Source: Amphiscolops sp. MND2022
Lineage: Eukaryota
Assembly (NCBI GenBank): GCA_964187785.1
Contig: OZ076409.1
Location: 67,086,001-67,150,000 of the forward strand
Direction of reading: 5' to 3'
Length of the DNA: 64,000 nt
This document shows, one piece after another, positions 61,684-64,000 of this stretch (its first letter is position 1; each line of letters opens with the position of its first letter). A program made the position numbers and the translations under genes. A model generated the notes under the pieces. That model did no database searches. It saw nothing but the letters and a program-made list of their open reading frames with translations, and had not been told where the DNA came from.

Positions 61684-64000
61684 TGTTGTATTCTCTAGAT
61701 CTAAGTTAAGATGGAAAAGAATAAAAGTTATATCTCTAGTTTCGACTGTTCTATATCAAATCAAATTGTACATATGTATCAAATGTAATTTAATGTAGAT
61801 TGAGTTTGTTAGTAAACAACTCTAGTATCTAGACTAGATAGTTTGTAGACCGAATCTCGGTAGAAGTTAAATGGTAGTCTGAACCGGTTTGAACCGAATA
61901 TAACATTTCTCCCCTATTCTTTTCACATCTTCAATTCCGGTTTGAGGGGCCTGGGGTTGTGGATTCTTCTGGGAGAAAATCCGCTGGCTTTTTTGCTGTC
62001 TCGGGTTTCGGTATTCCCTTGTGTCTGGTCCACACGGTACCTGTAATATAAATTAAACATTTATTTTCTATCCCCAAAAGTTTCCGGTATATGTTATACT
62101 ACCGTATCTATTCGGTATTTTGCTTTCTCGGTTAGTTCGTCTTATTTGTGTTTTTGGTTTCTCACCCGTTATTTCGCTGTCGGTATGTAATTGTAACGTG
62201 TCTTCTTCTTCCGGATTCGTCCGTATTGGCACGTATCTCCCGTCTTTCTCGGATGTACCGTACACTATTGGTGTTCCGGCTTCCGGCATTTCTTCGTCGT
62301 CATCGTCTTCTTCGGTATCGCTATCTGCCCGCTTTTTGTTCGGGACGATTTTCAGTTTGCCGTTCAGGATGTCCTTGAGAATTTCATCCCACCGGCTGTA
62401 CTTCCCGTCCAGTCCGCGTATGCAGTGTCGGTTTTTTGGGTTTATTTCGCCGGTTGTGTGCAAGGCCGGCTCTTTTCTGATTTTTCTCTGGGTCTGAAAT
62501 AATGGGTCCGAAATAAATTTTCGGTTATTTATTTTTCCGGTATCGGTTTTTATGGTACTCTCGGTTCCGCTTATGGCGGTTTGGATTTTATTTTGGAATT
62601 TTCCTTTTAATGATTTTTTGTTGTAGTTTTTTTCAACAAAATGAAAGGGGTATCTAACCGAATTTTTCTTTTTCGGTGACTTTGGTCCGCCGGCGAGGTG
62701 TTTTTCCTCTGTCTTCGTCCTCGCCATCACAATGTGATTTGTGATGTCTCCATCCGCATCACGGCCCACGTAGATTGGGATTTTTGGTTTGTTTGATGCT
62801 GAAACAGATAGTTCTGACCAATCTGACAGGTATGATTTTCCGTCTTTAACAATATTTGTTAATTCGGTTCTCGGTTTTCTACCGTGATGTAGTTCGAATG
62901 GTGTTAATTTTAGTCCGGTATGTATTGTAAATCGCATTACATGTAATGCTCGATTTACACTTTCGGTTAGGCTTGTGTTGTCTTCCATATTTGCTATAAT
63001 TAGATTCTTCAGTGTTTGTATTGCTCTTTCTACTGTTCCGTTTCCTGTATGTATTCGGGGGGTACAGTATTCGATTTCAATATTTCGGTTTTTGCAAAAT
63101 TCTCGGTATTCTTTGGAAACAAATGCTCCTCCTTTATCGGATTTAATTTTTTCGGGTATTCCGTATAAATTAAAGTTACTCGATAAAAAGTTTATGACTT
63201 CTTTTGGTTCCGCTGACTTGCAGATTTTTACGGTTGGCCATTTACTAAGTCTGTCTATCGCTATTAGTATTTGTACATCCCCGTTTATCTTTTTATTGTG
63301 TAATTTTCCGGTAAAATCGATTTGTATTTCTTGGCCGGGTTCGGTTAATTTTTCTAATTTTCCGTAGTGTTTTTTCGGTAATTGATAATTAAGGTTTTTA
63401 CCTGATGCGAGGCAAGCAGTGCAGTCTTTCACTTTATTCCTGATGTCCTGCTTCATTCCTGGCCACCAGAGTATTTTGCCTTCTGCGTTCATTTTTGTTA
63501 TTCCGGAGTGACCGAAGTGGATGATATCTAGTTTTCGTCTAAGGTCGATTGGCACGACAATTTGGTCGTCTACGAAGACCAGTCCCCATCTTATTGACAG
63601 TTTGTCGAATACTGTCCGGTAGCCATCCGGAATTGTTTCCCGGTCTTCCCTCCTCATGCTGTTTCTGACGCGGGTTAGTTCCGGGTCGATGGCTGTTTTG
63701 GCGATGAGTGTCTTCAAGTCCATCATGAACTCGAATTCCGCCTTCTTTATATGTTCTTCCGTGATTTTCTTGTTGCCGGTCAGTTTCCCCACAATGTGGT
63801 TAATTTGGATGTATTTCGCTTCCTTTCTATCCGTGTTGTATTTGCTGAGGTCTACTATAGGTAGATTGTCGCCCCGCATTATGATACTGTCTTCTTCGGT
63901 CTCGGCGTTTTCAATTTCCAGTTCACCTTCTTCCCGTAATTCTTCCGGTTCGTCTTGTTTTTCGGTCATGGGTTGGTACCCGCCTCCCAGTCGGTTCGCT
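61684..64000 (-). mobile_element. 3' end of a well-preserved Ty3/Gypsy element (continues beyond the window)
   Basis: 3' LTR ~61684-61905 (TGTTATATTCGG...AACA in sense). PPT GAAAAGAATAGGGGAGAAA at 61906-61924. Integrase ORF upstream. Confidence 0.92.
62068..63999 (-). CDS. pol: Gypsy integrase (C-terminal part of pol; frame open to the window edge)
   Basis: HFGHSG...CTAC zinc finger; QIDFTG, SDKGGAF and GNGTVERAIQTLK catalytic D-D-E. Confidence 0.95.
   Translation of the reverse strand, partial: ANRLGGGYQPMTEKQDEPEELREEGELEIENAETEEDSIIMRGDNLPIVDLSKYNTDRKEAKYIQINHIVGKLTGNKKITEEHIKKAEFEFMMDLKTLIAKTAIDPELTRVRNSMRREDRETIPDGYRTVFDKLSIRWGLVFVDDQIVVPIDLRRKLDIIHFGHSGITKMNAEGKILWWPGMKQDIRNKVKDCTACLASGKNLNYQLPKKHYGKLEKLTEPGQEIQIDFTGKLHNKKINGDVQILIAIDRLSKWPTVKICKSAEPKEVINFLSSNFNLYGIPEKIKSDKGGAFVSKEYREFCKNRNIEIEYCTPRIHTGNGTVERAIQTLKNLIIANMEDNTSLTESVNRALHVMRFTIHTGLKLTPFELHHGRKPRTELTNIVKDGKSYLSDWSELSVSASNKPKIPIYVGRDADGDITNHIVMARTKTEEKHLAGGPKSPKKKNSVRYPFHFVEKNYNKKSLKGKFQNKIQTAISGTESTIKTDTGKINNRKFISDPLFQTQRKIRKEPALHTTGEINPKNRHCIRGLDGKYSRWDEILKDILNGKLKIVPNKKRADSDTEEDDDDEEMPEAGTPIVYGTSEKDGRYVPIRTNPEEEDTLQLHTDSEITGEKPKTQIRRTNRESKIPNRYGSITYTGNFWG

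Noticed and set aside
62120..63367. Plus-strand ORFs opposite the integrase (and similar antisense/overlapping ORFs at 20577-22198, 51410-51943, 58765-59118)
   Set aside because: Shadows of real coding frames; no independent coding signal.

Overview
AT-rich eukaryotic (invertebrate metazoan-like) genomic DNA, dominated by transposable elements, with two host genes. One is a two-exon MFS transporter of SLC18B1 type (+, ~49871-51995). The other is the 3' exons of a CAMSAP/Patronin gene with a CKK domain (-, 55844 to ~61100). The centrepiece is a recently inserted 17.7-kb retrovirus-like Ty3/Gypsy element (-, 17636-35355; 401-bp LTRs differing at 4 positions; CTAC target-site duplication). In sense order it carries: an array of four bulged hairpins, two small hydrophobic ORFs, gag-pro (zinc knuckle plus RS domain), RT/RNase H/integrase, a ~414-codon Pro/Ser/Thr-rich frame, an envelope gene resembling chuvirus G / herpesvirus gB class III fusogens, and two or three further unknown ORFs. 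It has no polypurine tract. Also present: a decayed Copia element with a half-tRNA(iMet)-type PBS, three other Gypsy copies, two long solo LTRs that encode the Gag N-terminus, a truncated LINE, MITEs, Helentron/DINE-like repeats and a perfect 34-bp fold-back. Family assignments rest on motif recognition by eye; no database searches were run.
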